A stretch of 64,000 bases of DNA from Octopus sinensis (GCF_006345805.1 NC_043011.1:26920464-26984463), one strand, 5' to 3'. Shown: positions 22,461-34,744, counted from the first letter of the stretch. Numbers and translations: made by a program. The notes: generated from the sequence alone by a model not told the origin.

Positions 22461-24779
22461 AGGAGAGGTTTAGCAGTTGCAGGCCTCTCATGGTGTCCAA
22501 CGTTGTAGAACTCACAACAAATGGGTTTGGTTGGCAAGTTTAGCTGTGCTGTCATTTTTTGCTATTGTAGTTTGATGTTTTTTTTTAGACTCAATTACAC
22601 TTCACTATTCTGTGGTCCAACTCTGTAACCTTTGCTTTCCATCCAGAATTATGCTTGTCAGAGTTGGTTTTACCTTGGTTTTGGAAAGTTTACATAATTT
22701 CAGAGACGTTAACTCTCAAAACAGTAAACAATTCAGCAGATTTAGTGAATGAAACTCCAGTTATCTGCACTCTAAGAATTCATTCCCTTTAGAAATGAGA
22801 TACTTCATGCAGTTAATCTAAATATGAATATCTGCAAAACTAGTAAAACAGAGAGCTATATCATGAAGTACAAAGAATACATTGTGTGTATGAACAAAAG
22901 CGTGCACACATACACACACACACACACACATATATACATATATATACATACATATATGTGTGTGTCTGTGTGTGTGCACACACACACATACACATATATG
23001 CAGGGATTGCACAAAATAATGGAAGCACGTTGTGAAATGGAAATTTTACATCTGAATATGGTGTTGGTTCACCTTTGGCATCAATCCCAGTTCCAAGTTT
23101 TCAAGAAATTGACTCATACAATTGTTTGAAATGGTTGTTAGAAGCATTTTGTACCATTCAAGTAAAATTTGCTTTAGCTCTTTTAGCAATGATGGTGAAG
23201 GGAAGTAGCTCCTCACTTGCTGATCCAAAATGTGCTATAAGTGTTCAAATTTCAATTGAGATCTGATGATTGTGGGAGCCAACCCAAGAGGTCTACTTTA
23301 CATTTCTGGTCTTTATATCAATTTTCAATAATGTTGAAATCAAACTCAATGACTGGCATCCGTTGCTAGTGGAGCGCTAAGAGTACCATTCAAGTGAGAT
23401 CGTGCCAGCGCAACACGCTGGCCTCTGTGCCGATGGCACATTAAGCACACCATTTGAGCATGATCGTTACCGCATTGCCTTACTAGCACTTGTGCTGGTG
23501 GCATGTGAAACATTCGAGCGAGGTCATCGCCAGTGCCACTGGACTGGCTCCTGTGCAGGTGGCATGTAAAAAGCACCATTTGGGTATGGCTGTTGCCAGT
23601 ACCACCAAACTGGCCCGCATGCCGGTGGCACGTAAAAAACACCCACTGGGTATGATCAGCGAAACTACTTAGATTATCCTTTGCGTTAACTCCGCCATGT
23701 ACAACAGCTAAGAGGCCAAGAGAATTCCATGTATGATTGCCTAAATCATCACAAAACTATCATTGTGCTCTGTGGTAGGAGCCAAACTGTCAGAGTTGAA
23801 CATTTCTTTGGGTTGTCTCCTGACATAGCATCACTCCAGAGATGGAGAAAGAAAATGATGATTGATCAGAGATGATATTGTTTTATTGAACCATTGATCA
23901 CTTCTGATAGTTTTAGATACCATTTTTTTTTCCCAAAGTTAAAAGCCAGGAAAAAGAAACAAGATTATCTGACTGGCAAGGGAAGGCTTTACAGGGTAGT
24001 TTTCTAAAAATAGTGGCAGAAAATAGTAATAATGAGACATGGTTGTAGTTGCAGAAAGGAAGGCTGAAAAGGGAGACAGAAAGTTTGTTAGTTGCAACAC
24101 AAAATTAAGCCCTGAGGACGAATTGAGTAAAAGTCAAGACAGACAAAAATCAGGTATAGATTCCTAGTGTAGGTTATGTAAATCAAATGTTAATGGCAAC
24201 AGGAGAGGTTTAGCAGTTGCAGGCCTCTCATGGTGTCCAACGTTGTAGAACTCACAACAAATGGGTTTGGTTGGCAAGTTTAGCTGTGCTGTCATTTTTT
24301 GCTATTGTAGTTTGATGTTTTTTTTTAGACTCAATTACACTTCACTATTCTGTGGTCCAACTCTGTAACCTTTGCTTTCCATCCAGAATTATGCTTGTCA
24401 GAGTTGGTTTTACCTTGGTTTTGGAAAGTTTACATAATTTCAGAGACGTTAACTCTCAAAACAGTAAACAATTCAGCAGATTTAGTGAATGAAACTCCAG
24501 TTATCTGCACTCTAAGAATTCATTCCCTTTAGAAATGAGATACTTCATGCAGTTAATCTAAATATGAATATCTGCAAAACTAGTAAAACAGAGAGCTATA
24601 TCATGAAGTACAAAGAATACATTGTGTGTATGAACAAAAGCGTGCACACATACACACACACACACACACACACTTTCTCCTTCTCTCTTTCTCTCTCTTG
24701 AATTTGTCATTTTGCCAATATAAAAAAAATTACTTAAAAAAGTGATGTTTCCATTATTTTGCCCAATCCATGCATATGT

Positions 24780-24930
24780 GTGTGAGGAATGGCATCCAGC
24801 TGTAAAAACCATGTCAAAACAGACACAGTAGCCTGGAGTAGTCTTCTACCTGGTTGGCTCCTGTCAACTGTCCTACCCATGCATGCATATAAGTTAGATG
24901 TTAAACGATGAGGATGACGACAATATATGT
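24780..24930 (+). mobile_element. RTE 3' terminus fragment
   Basis: GGCATCCAGCTGTAAAAACCATG...CCCATGC...GTTAAACGATGAGGATGACGAC. Confidence 0.7.
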
Positions 24931-24993
24931 ATGTGTATATATATCATTATCACCATCATTGTTTAATGTCCGCCTACCATGCTAGCATGGGTA

Positions 24994-25032
<39 letters not shown>

Positions 25033-25196
25033 GATAAAAGAAGATAGTCAGTATATTAGTTATGATATTAATTCATGATGTATCCCTGGAGGGGATGAAT
25101 AATATTTATCCAAATACTGAATATCTTTTATTTATATATAAAATCTGTGCACCACTACAACATCTGTTTGTGTGTGTGTGTATATATGTGTGTGTG

Positions 25197-26431
25197 TGGC
25201 TTTTGTTGATATGGAGAAAGCCTTCGACAGGGTCCCCCGATCCCTCATCTGGTGGTCAATGAGGAAACTAGGGATAGATGAATGGTTAGTGAAAGCTGTA
25301 CAAGCCATGTACAGAGACGCTGCTAGTAAGGTGAGGGTTGGCACCGAGTACAGTGAAGAATTCAGGGTAGAGGTTGGGGTCCACCAAGGTTCAGTCCTCA
25401 GTCCCCTCCTATTTATCATAGTCCTCCAGGCAATAACGGAGGAATTCAAGACAGGATGCCCCTGGGAGCTCCTCTATGCTGATGACCTTGCTCTAATTGC
25501 TGAGTCTCTATCAGAACTAGAGGAGAAGTTTCAGGTATGGAAACAAGGTTTAGAATCAAAGGGCCTTAGAATCAACCTAGCCAAAACCAAAGTCCTAATA
25601 AGTAGGAAGGTAGACCAATCACAAACGCCTTCAGGTAGATGGCTCTGCTCGATCTGTAGAAAAGGTGTAGGTAGAAACTCTATAAGATGCACCAAGTGTA
25701 ATCTATGGACACATAAGAGGTGCAGCAATGTCAAAGGAAGGCTAACTAGGAAGATGGTTTTTGTATGTGACAGATGCTCAGGAACAATTAACACTGAAAA
25801 TGCTCTGAGACCAACTTCCGTCACTTTCCAGGGAGAAAAGCTAGAAGTAGTTGATAGTTTCCGTTACCTAGGTGACCAAGTCAGTAGCGGGGGCGGGTGC
25901 GCTGAGAGTATAACTGCTAGAGTAAGAATAGCCTGGGCAAAGTTTAGAGAGCTCTTACCTCTGCTGGTGACAAAAGGCCTCTCGCTCAAAGTAAAAGGCA
26001 GACTGTATGATGCATGTGTACGTACAGCCATGCTACATGGTAGTGAAACTTGGGCTGTGACTGCTGAGGATTTGCGTAAGCTCGCAAGAAATGAAGCTAG
26101 TATGCTCCGATGGATGTGTAACGTCAGTGTTCATAATCGACAGAGTGTAAGTACCTTGAGAGAAAAGTTGAACCTAAGAAGCATCAGTTGTTGTGTGCAA
26201 GAGAGACGTATGCGCTGGTATGGTCATGTGATGAGAATGGCTGAAGATAGTTGTGTGCGAAAGTGCCACACCCTGGCAGTTGAGGGGACCTGTGGAAGAG
26301 GTAGACCCAGGAAAACCTGGGTCGAGGCGGTGAAGCACGACCTTCGAACTTTAGGTCTCACCAAGGAAATGACCAGTGACCGAGACCTTTGGAGGTATGC
26401 TGTGCGTGAGAAAACCCGGCAAGACCAGTGA
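25197..26431 (+). CDS. RTE ORF2 C-terminal part: reverse transcriptase with embedded PHD-type finger
   Basis: AFVDMEKAFDRV, GVHQGSVLSPLLF, LLYADDLAL, FRYLG, MLHGSETW, RWYGHVMR, GRGRPRKTW; C4HC3 motif at 25646-25777. The track's N-terminal residues come from a (TG)n repeat. Confidence 0.93.
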
Positions 26432-26476
26432 GAACAGTCAAAATCAAGATCAAACCAAATTGAGGTCGATCAACAT

Positions 26477-27290
26477 CAGGGCCCCCGTGCAGGTGACATG
26501 TAAAAGTACCATCCGTTCGTAGCCGTTCGCCAGCCCTGTCTGGCCCCCGTGTAGGTGGCACTTAAAAGCACCATCCATTCGTGTTTGTGCCAGCCTGGCC
26601 TGGCCCCCGTGCCGGTGACACGTAAAAGCACCATCCGTTTGTGACCGTTTGCCAGCTCTGTCTGGCCCCCGTGCCGGTGACACGTAAAAGCACCATCCGT
26701 TCGTGGCCGTTTGCCAGCTCTGTCTGGCCCCCGTGCCGGTGACACGTAAAAGCACCATCCGTTCGTGGCCGTTTGCCAGCCCTGTCTGGCCCCCATGTCG
26801 GTGACATGTAAAAGCACCATCCGTTTGTGTCCGTTTGCCAGCCCTGTCTGGCCCCCATGTCGGTGACATGTAAAAGCACCATCTGTTCGTGTCCGTTGCC
26901 AGCCTCGCCTGGCCCCCGTGCCGGTGACACGTAAAAGCACCATCCGTTCGTGGCCGTTTGCCAGCCCTGTCTGGCCCCCGTGTCGGTGGCATGTAAAAGC
27001 ACCATCCGTTCGTGCCCGTTGCCAGCCTCGCCTGGCCACCGTGCCGGTGACACGTAAAAGCACCATCCGTTTCGTGGCCGTTTGCCAGCTCTGTCTGGCC
27101 CCCGTGTTGGTGGCACGTAAAAGCACCATCCGTTCGTGTCCGTTGCCAGCTCTGTCTGGCCCCCGTGTTGGTGGCACGTAAAAGCATCATCTGTTCGTGT
27201 CCGTTGCCAGCCTCGCCTGGCCCTGTGCCGGTGACACGTAAAAGCACCATCAGCTCTGTCTGGCACCTGTGCAGGTGGCACGTAAAAAGC
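26477..27290 (+). repeat. About 13 copies of a 62-bp GC-rich minisatellite in the RTE 3' UTR
   Basis: Unit GCCAGCTCTGTCTGGCCCCCGTGCCGGTGACACGTAAAAGCACCATCCGTTCGTGGCCGTTT; AAAAGCA(C/T) or a close variant recurs about every 62 bp. Confidence 0.95.
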
Positions 27291-27455
27291 ACCCACTACA
27301 TTCACGGAGTGGTTGGCGTTAGGAAGGGCATCCAGCCGTAAAAACACTGCCAGATCTGACTGGGCCTGATGAAGCCTTCCAGCTTCACAGACCCCAGTTG
27401 AACCGTCCAACCCATGCTAGCATGGAGAACGGACGCTAAATGATGATGATGATGA

Positions 27456-27490
<35 letters not shown>

Positions 27491-27514
27491 CATACATACA
27501 TACACACACACACA

Positions 27515-29172
27515 TGGTCCTCCGATCCCTTATCTGGTGGTCAGTGCAGAAAATAGGGATAGACAAGTGGTTGGTGAGATATGTATAGGATACTTCTAGT
27601 AAGGTGAGGGTTGATAATGAGTATAGCAAAGAATTCAGTGTACAAGTTGGGGTTCACCAAGGATTGGTGCTCAGCCTCCTCTTGTTCAGCATAGTCCTCT
27701 AGGCAATAACAGAAGAATTTAAGACAAGCTGCCCCTGGGAGCTCCTCTATGCTGATGACCTTGCTCTAATAGCTGAATCACTACCAGAACTAGAGAAGTT
27801 CCAGGTATGGAAGCAAGTTTTAGAATTACAGGGCCTTACAGTTTACCTAGCAAAACCAAAGTCTTAGCAAGTAGGAAAGCAGACAAATCACAAATCCCTT
27901 CAGATAGATGGCCCTGCTTGATCATTGGAAAAGGCGTAGGTAGAAACTCCATAAGATGCACTGAGTGTAAGCTTTGGACACACAAAAGGTGCAGAAATAT
28001 CAGAGGTAGGTTAACAGGGAAACTAGCTTTTGTATATGGAAGATGCCCAGGTACAATAAATGCTGAAAATGTGCAGAAAATAGACTCCATCAACTACCAG
28101 GGGGGCAAGCTAGAGATAGTAAATAATTTATGCTATCTAGGTGACCAAATCAGTAGTGGAGATAGATGCCTTGAGAGTATAGCTGTGAGAGTAAGATTAG
28201 GCTGGGCAAAGTTCAGAGAGCTCCTACCTCCAGTGGCAACAAAGGGTTTCTCTCTCAATGTGAAAGGTAGTTTGTATGATGTCTATGTGTGAACAACCAT
28301 GCTATATGGCAGTGAAACATGGGCTGTGACAGCTAAAGGCATGTGTAGGCTTGAAAGAAATGAAGAAGCCAGTATGTTTCACTGGATATGCAATGTCAGT
28401 GTGTATGTTTGACAGAGTGTAAGCAACTGAGAAAGGTTATGCATAAGAGGCATCAGATGTAGTGTGCAAAAGATATGACTGTGCTGGTATGATCATGTGA
28501 TGTGTATGGACGAAGATAGCTGTGGAAAGAAGAGCCAATCTCTAACTGCGGAGGGAACCTGTGGTAGAGGTAGACCCAGGAAGACATGAAACGAAGTGAT
28601 GAAGTATGATCTTCGAACTTTGAGCCTCACAGAGGCAATGACTGATGACCGACACCTTTGGCGATATGTGCTTGAGAGGACCCATCAAGCCAGGTGAAAT
28701 CATAGTCATGGTTGATGTTGGTATCATGTAACTGGCACCCATGCCGGTAGCATGTAAAGAGCACTGTTTGTGCTTTGGGCCTCATGGAGGTAAAAGTGGA
28801 TGGGTTCCTTTTGAGTGTTGGCCCTCATGGAGGCAAAGTGGGTGAGTTCCTTTTGAGTGTTGGACCTCATGGAGGCAATGATCGAGACCTTTGGCATTAT
28901 GTCATGCTTGAGAAGAAGACCCATCAGGGTGAGCAAAATCACAGTCATGGCAGATACTGGTATCACACAAATGGCACCTGTGCCAGGGGAACGTAAAAGC
29001 ACATATTACACTCTCAGAGTGGTTGGTTATTTGGAAGGGCATTCAGCTATAGAAAACCATGCCAAATCAGACTGGAGTCTGGTGCAGCCTTCCAGCTTGC
29101 CAGCCCTAGTCAAACCGTCCAACCCATGCCAGCATGGAAACATGGACATCAGATGTTAAATGATGATGATGT
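27515..29172 (+). mobile_element. Older frameshifted RTE LINE of a related subfamily, 5'-truncated
   Basis: Colinear with 25230-26431 (LLYADDLAL, decayed PHD, RVRLGWAKFRELL); different 3' UTR with an internal duplication (about 28645-28775 vs 28878-29005); (GAT)n tail. Confidence 0.92.
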
Positions 29173-29334
29173 TTATATATATACATATACATATTTATAT
29201 TTTTATGTATGTATGTATATGTATATAACATTTAGATTCAGATAAATATGGTACTTAAGTTGAGGCACTAGAATTTAGTACGGTATTATCCATACAATTT
29301 CAAAATAAGGTGATTAAAATCAAAATAAGCAACA

Positions 29335-29341
29335 AGGATAC

Positions 29342-29380
<39 letters not shown>

Positions 29381-29520
29381 TATATATATATGTGTGTGTA
29401 TGTATATATGTATGTATATATGTATGTATATATGTATGTATATATGTATGTATATATGTATGTATATATGTATGCATATATGTATGTATGTATGTATATG
29501 TATATATAAATATAAATGAA
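29335..29520. repeat. (TA)n/(TATGTATA)n microsatellite
   Basis: Direct reading. Confidence 0.95.
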
Positions 29521-30082
29521 AAAAAAAAAACATTTTCATTCTTTTACAGAGCATTTTACCCTGTGTTATTCATTGCAGAAGTTTATGTTGGTAATGTAAG
29601 TATTCTTTTAACTTTATTTATTGCTTCATGTATTATATTTTCTGCATTTTCCCTAATTATCTCTCCCTGTTCAGGTGTTGTAATTGTTATCATTGTCGCT
29701 GTCATCAGTCTGCACCAACATTTGAAATCAAACACCACGTACCCACCACTACCTCTTCAGCTTTCCAAATTTTAATATCCCAGCTCTTCTTCACCTAAGC
29801 AATATTTATCGTTATCGACATTGCCGTGACTGTCATCATTAATTTTTATTTGACAGTGATAACCATCATTGTCATTGCCGCTATTCTCTTCGGGTGTTAT
29901 CAGTATAACCTCTATTTTAATCCACTTATTTGTAATTGTGTTGCTGAAACAAAATGATTAAGTGATTGGATGCAGGTATGGCTGTGCCGTTAAGAAGTTT
30001 GCTTCTCAACCAAACAGTTATGAGTTCAGTTTTAGTTTGGTAGACTGGTGGGAAAGAACATTTATATTTATTTATCATATAT

Positions 30083-30258
30083 AGGCGCAGGAGTGACTGT
30101 GTGGTAAGTAGCTTGCTTACCAACCACATGGTTCCGGGTTCAGTCCCACTGCGTGTCACCTTGGGCAAGTGTCTTCTACTATAGCCTCAGGCTGACCAAA
30201 GCCTTGTGAGTAGATTTGGTAGATGGAAACTGAAAGACGCCCGTTGTATATATGTATG

Positions 30259-30300
<42 letters not shown>

Positions 30301-30576
30301 TTATATATATATATATATGTTATATATATATATATGTGTGGTGTGTGTGTGTGTGTGTGTGTATATGTTTGTGTGTCTGTGTTTGTCCCCACAACATCGC
30401 TTGACAACCAATGCTGGTGTGTTTACGTCCCCGTAACTTAGCGGTCTGGCAAAAGAAACCAATAGAATAAGTACTAGGCTTACAAAGAATAAGTCCCGGG
30501 GTCGATTTGCTCGACTAAAAGGTGGTGCTCCAGCATGGCCACAGTCAAATGACTGAAACAAGTAAGAGTAAAAGAG
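30083..30576 (+). mobile_element. SINE A, full length
   Basis: AGGCGCAGGAGTGACTGTGTGG to AGTAAGAGTAAAAGAG. Confidence 0.9.
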
Positions 30577-31825
30577 ATAGGATATAAAAGTATAAACACT
30601 AAAATGGACATGGACACGCACATACTCATATTTCTATATATAATAGGCTTCTGTGCAGTTTCCATCTATTAAATTCCACTTATGAGGTATTGCTCAAAAT
30701 GCTGTGTAATGGGATTGAACTCAGAACCAGGTGATGTGGTCACACTCACACAGCTATTGTATAACCTCTGCCCTCTTCACTATTTCTCAATAACATGTAC
30801 CTATCCAGAGGAAAGATATATCTCTGGTCTGTTTAACACTATGAAACTAGAGTTAGGCATCAGCTCCCTTGCAAGTTCCTTTGGCATGAGGAGGCATTTT
30901 TTTGCATTACATAAATAATGGAATTGTTACCTGAGTTGGCAATACAGCAACTCATACTGTGCCGACATTCTAACTTATCTCATCTGTAATGCTGTACCAG
31001 TATTCTAATTTATCTTATCTATCCTCAGGTCTAATTAAACTAATCCATTTCCCTTGAATGCTTTTCATCATCAGCTGAATCACATTTTCAACCAGCATGA
31101 GTTTTCCATTTGCATTATTTGTGATGAATGAATAAAGAGCCTGTATGAGTCAACCTGGCTCTGCTAGAAATAGAAGCCAAATCTCTCTGAAACTACATCC
31201 TTCCATCTTTTAAAACAAAGGGCACATTGAACCAACAATGGGGTTTCTATGCAGTTGCTTTCCCTCCTAGAAATAGCAGTCAAGTCTACCTTGAATTTCT
31301 CTCAATTGCCTTAAGAAAACAGGGAGAGACAAATTAGGCAATGCAGTCCTAGGTATACAATATGGTTGGATGGTCATGGTTGAAACACTTTTGATTATAG
31401 GTTTGCTTGATCAAAGGATAGTAGGCAGTGTGATTCTAAATACATGATTATAAGCCTGCTTAATCTTAGACTAACAAAGAACAATAAACAAAAAATATAG
31501 GATAATGTGGTCCTAGATGCACATGTACGCATGATGGGCTTCTTTCAGTTTCTATCTACCAAGTGCACTCACAAGGCTTTGTTTGATTGCTCTGAGGCTA
31601 GAGTAGAAGATATTTACCCAAGGTGCTATGCAGTAGGCCTGAATCCAAGTTCTTGTGGTTGGAAAAAAAAAGCCAAAAACACCTCATTCACAATCATTAA
31701 AATTTCTTTTTTGCTGCAGACCACTACTAATGTTGAAGGATTCTCCTTGTTTTACTTATTAATTCTAGCATGTTTTAGTTTGGTAGACTAGTGGGAAAGA
31801 ACATTTATATTTATTTATCATATAT

Positions 31826-32159
31826 AGGTGCAAGAGTGGCTGTGTGGTAAGTAGCTTGCTTACCAACCATATGGTTCCGGGTTCAGTCCCACTGCGTGGC
31901 ACCTTGGGCAAGTGTCTTCGACTATAGCCTCAGGCTGACCAAAGCCTTGCGAGTGGATTTGGTAGACAGAAACTGAAAGAAGCCCGTCGTATATATGTAT
32001 ATGTGTGTGTTTGTGCCACCTACATCACTTGACAACTGATGCTGGTGTGTTTACGTCCCCGTAACTTAGTGGTTTGGCAAAAAGAGACCAATAGAATAAG
32101 TACTAGGCTTACAAAAAATAAGTCCTGGGGTCAATTTGCTCGACTAAAGACAGTGCTCT
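31826..32159 (+). mobile_element. SINE A, 3'-truncated, sharing its 5' flank with the 30083 copy
   Basis: Same head and body; upstream about 55 bp nearly identical to 30030-30082. Confidence 0.88.
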
Positions 32160-32747
32160 AGAGTAAATTTCAAACAAAAAATTGTTATTTAAAAAAAAAC
32201 ATATGACTAATTCAAATTACATTCTTAACAATTCTCGACAACAATAGGAAAATATTTAAAAAAAGCCCACTTCACTCAATATAGTTATAATATATACAAT
32301 ATAATTTGATTCTATCATACTTTAGTTAATTGAAATTCACAATTATTTATAATTATTTATAGAATTTAAAAAAAATATTGTCATGACCTTTCACAATTTA
32401 TGTCTTAAAACAACTTACCACACAGCAATAGCACAAACATCAATAAAATAGTTATAATTTAAACAATGTAATTAAAAAAACAAATTGCACAAACAAACGA
32501 GTTTATAATAAACAAAACATTATTGATGTATTCTCAATCTGTAGGCCTGACATTTAAAATATTCATGTACATCTCTATTTTTCTGACATTTAAAAATATT
32601 TGTGTAGAGTTCTAATTCTCTAATATTCAAAACACTTATGTAAAGGAGAGGTTTGCGAACCTGAATTGTTTTTATTTCATTCATGGCCCAGAAGTGAAGT
32701 CCATGAAGTGTCAGTGGTAGACATTCATCTATTGAATCATATTATAT

Positions 32748-33161
32748 ATTTCTTTACTACCCACAAAGGGCTAAACACAGAGGGGACAAACAAGGACAGA
32801 CAAATGGATTAAGTTGATTACATCGACCCCAGTGCGTAACTGGTACTTAATTTATCGACCCTGAAAGGATGAAAGGCAAAGTCGACCTCGGCGGAATTTG
32901 AACTCAGAACGTAAAGACAGACGAAATACTTATTTCTTTACTACCCACAAAGGGCTAAACACAGAGGGGACAAACAAGGACAGACAAACGGATTAAGTCA
33001 ATTACATCGACCTCAGTGTGTAATTGGTACTTAATTTATCGACCCCGAAAGGATGAAAGGCAAAGTTGACCTTGGCGGAATTTGAACTCAGAACATAACG
33101 GCAGACGAAATACGGCTACACATTTCACCCTGCATGCAAACGTTTCTGCCAGCTTGCTGCC
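32748..33161 (-). mobile_element. SINE B head-to-tail dimer with 16-bp TSD
   Basis: Two units joined at GACGAAATAC|TTATTTCTTTACTACCC; TTGAATCATATTATAT at 32732-32747 and 33172-33187. The central block GCCTTTCATCCTT..GGGTCGATAAATTAAGTACCAG resembles conserved Meta/Deu-type SINE domains. Confidence 0.88.
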
Positions 33162-33421
33162 ATAATCACTGTTGAATCATATTATATTTTAGAATTGATA
33201 AAGGCACAGACATGACTATGTGGTTAAGAAGCTCAATTTCTAACCATGTTGTTTTGGGTTCAGTCCCACTGCATAGTGCCTTGGGTAAATGTCTTCTACT
33301 AGAGACCTGTGAGTGAATTTGGCAGATGGAAGCTGTGTGGAAGGTCATATCTCTCTCTGTATCTGTCTGTGTGTATGTTTTTGTGTCTGCTTTTGTCTTC
33401 ACCACACCATTTGACAACTTC

Positions 33422-33795
33422 TTTTCTTTAATTTCTTTTATTTGTTTCAGTCATTTGACTGTGGCCATGCTGGGGCACCACCTTTAGTCGAGGAAATCGA
33501 CCCCAGGACTTATTCTTTGTAAGCCTAGTACTTATTCTATTGGTTTCTCTTGCCGAACCGCTAAGTGACAGGGACATAAACACACCAGCATCAGTTGTCA
33601 AGTGATGTTGTGGGGACAAACACATACACACATACGACGGGCTTCTTTCAGTTTTCCGTCTACCAAATCCACTCACAAGGCTTTGGTCAGCCCGAGGCTA
33701 TAGTAGAAGACACCTGCCCAAGGTGCCACGCAGTGGGACTGAGCCCAGAACCATGTGGTTGGTAAGCAAGCTACTTACCATACAGCCCCACCTGC
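33422..33795 (-). mobile_element. SINE A, full length
   Basis: Reverse copy from ATTTGTTTCAGTCATTTGAC to ATACAGCCCCACCTGCACC; a plus-strand SINE A tail follows to about 33975. Confidence 0.88.
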
Positions 33796-34044
33796 ACCTG
33801 ATGTTGGTTTGTTTACGTCCCCCTAACTTAACAATCTGGCAAAAAAAAGACTGATAGAATAAGTACCAGACTCTAAAATGTGTATAAATACTGGGGTCAA
33901 TTTGTTTCACTAAAACCACTAAGCTAGTACTCCAACATGGCTGCAGTCAATGGCTGAAACAAGTAAAAGCTAAATAAGCGAAGGTAATGATTATGAAACA
34001 AAATTATAATTAAGTTTAGTTTAAGTTGACATCTATGTCACAAC

Positions 34045-34300
34045 GAACATCCTCCTCCTCCCCCTCCTCCTCCTCCTTTAACGTTTGTTTTCTGTGTTGG
34101 CTTGGGTTTGGCAGTTTGACCAGAGCCAACGAACAGGTGAGCTGCACTAGGTTCCAGTCTGATTTGGCATGGTTTCTACAGCTGGATGCCCTTCCTAACA
34201 CCAACCACTTTATAGTGTGTGCTGGGTTCGTTTAACATGGCACTGACATGAGTGCTCTTAAGTGGCACTGGCAGGAGTGCTTTTAACCTGGCACCAACAG
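34045..34300 (-). mobile_element. RTE 3' terminus fragment
   Basis: TTTAACGTTTGTTTTC...GCTGGATGCCCTTCCTAACACCAACCAC...GTGCTTTTAA. Confidence 0.75.
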
Positions 34301-34469
34301 AGGGCTCAGGCAGACAATCCTCTTTATCAGGGAGAGCAGCATTAACACTCTTCTGTTGTGGGAATATTATGATACTTGATACTTGACGCTGTCTGGGGCT
34401 TGAAATGATAGATTATATGAAGTTAGAAGCACAATTGGCTATTTTCCCAAATTTATTATTATTTTATTA

Positions 34470-34744
34470 TGTGCCCTTTTCAAGCCTAGCCAGGCTCATG
34501 GGCCTGGTTTTCCTGGTTTTTGTGGTGTATGTGTTCCCCACCAGCTGGACGGGACGCCAGTCCATCGCAGCATTACTCAAGAAACAGGAAGAGAGAGTGA
34601 GAGAAAGTTGGGGCGAAAGAGTACAACAGGGGTCGCTTTAGGGGTTTTCGCTCAATAAACACACACAACGCCTGGTCTGGGATTTGAAACCGTGATCCTC
34701 CGACTGTGAGTCCGCTGCCCTAACCACTGGGCCATTGTGCCTCC
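34470..34744 (-). mobile_element. SINE C (V-like tail)
   Basis: GCCTAGCCAGGCTCATGGGCC...GCCAGTCCATCGCAGC...AACCACTGGGCCATTGTGCCTCC. Confidence 0.85.

Larger units (their letters stand above)
21175..24670. repeat. Apparently perfect 1740-bp tandem duplication bounded by (CA)n tracts
   Basis: Lines and ORFs repeat at offset 1740 (21306/23046, 21606/23346, 21750/23490); all spot-checked lines are identical. Confidence 0.95.
21261..24772 (-). mobile_element. Old Tc1-family transposon carrying nested insertions, partly duplicated
   Basis: TIRs CAGGGATTGCACAAAATAATGGAAGCAC (21261, 23001) and ATGTTTCCATTATTTTGCCCAATCCATG (24745-24772). Minus-strand remnants GVSFTKSAELF..GKTNSDKHNSG (about 22500-22790) and PKEMFNSDSLAPT (about 21930-22075). 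Confidence 0.8.
25197..27459 (+). mobile_element. Young 5'-truncated RTE-clade LINE
   Basis: Uninterrupted RT ORF to 26431, 3' UTR with tandem array, conserved 3' end and (GAT)n tail at about 27440-27459. Confidence 0.95.

Noticed and set aside
26450-27410. Long minus-strand ORFs (233-282 aa) and a CRISPR-like look of the 62-bp array
   Set aside because: The ORFs arise because the GC-rich unit lacks stops. Units are contiguous with no unique spacers, the context is a eukaryotic LINE UTR, and there are no cas genes.
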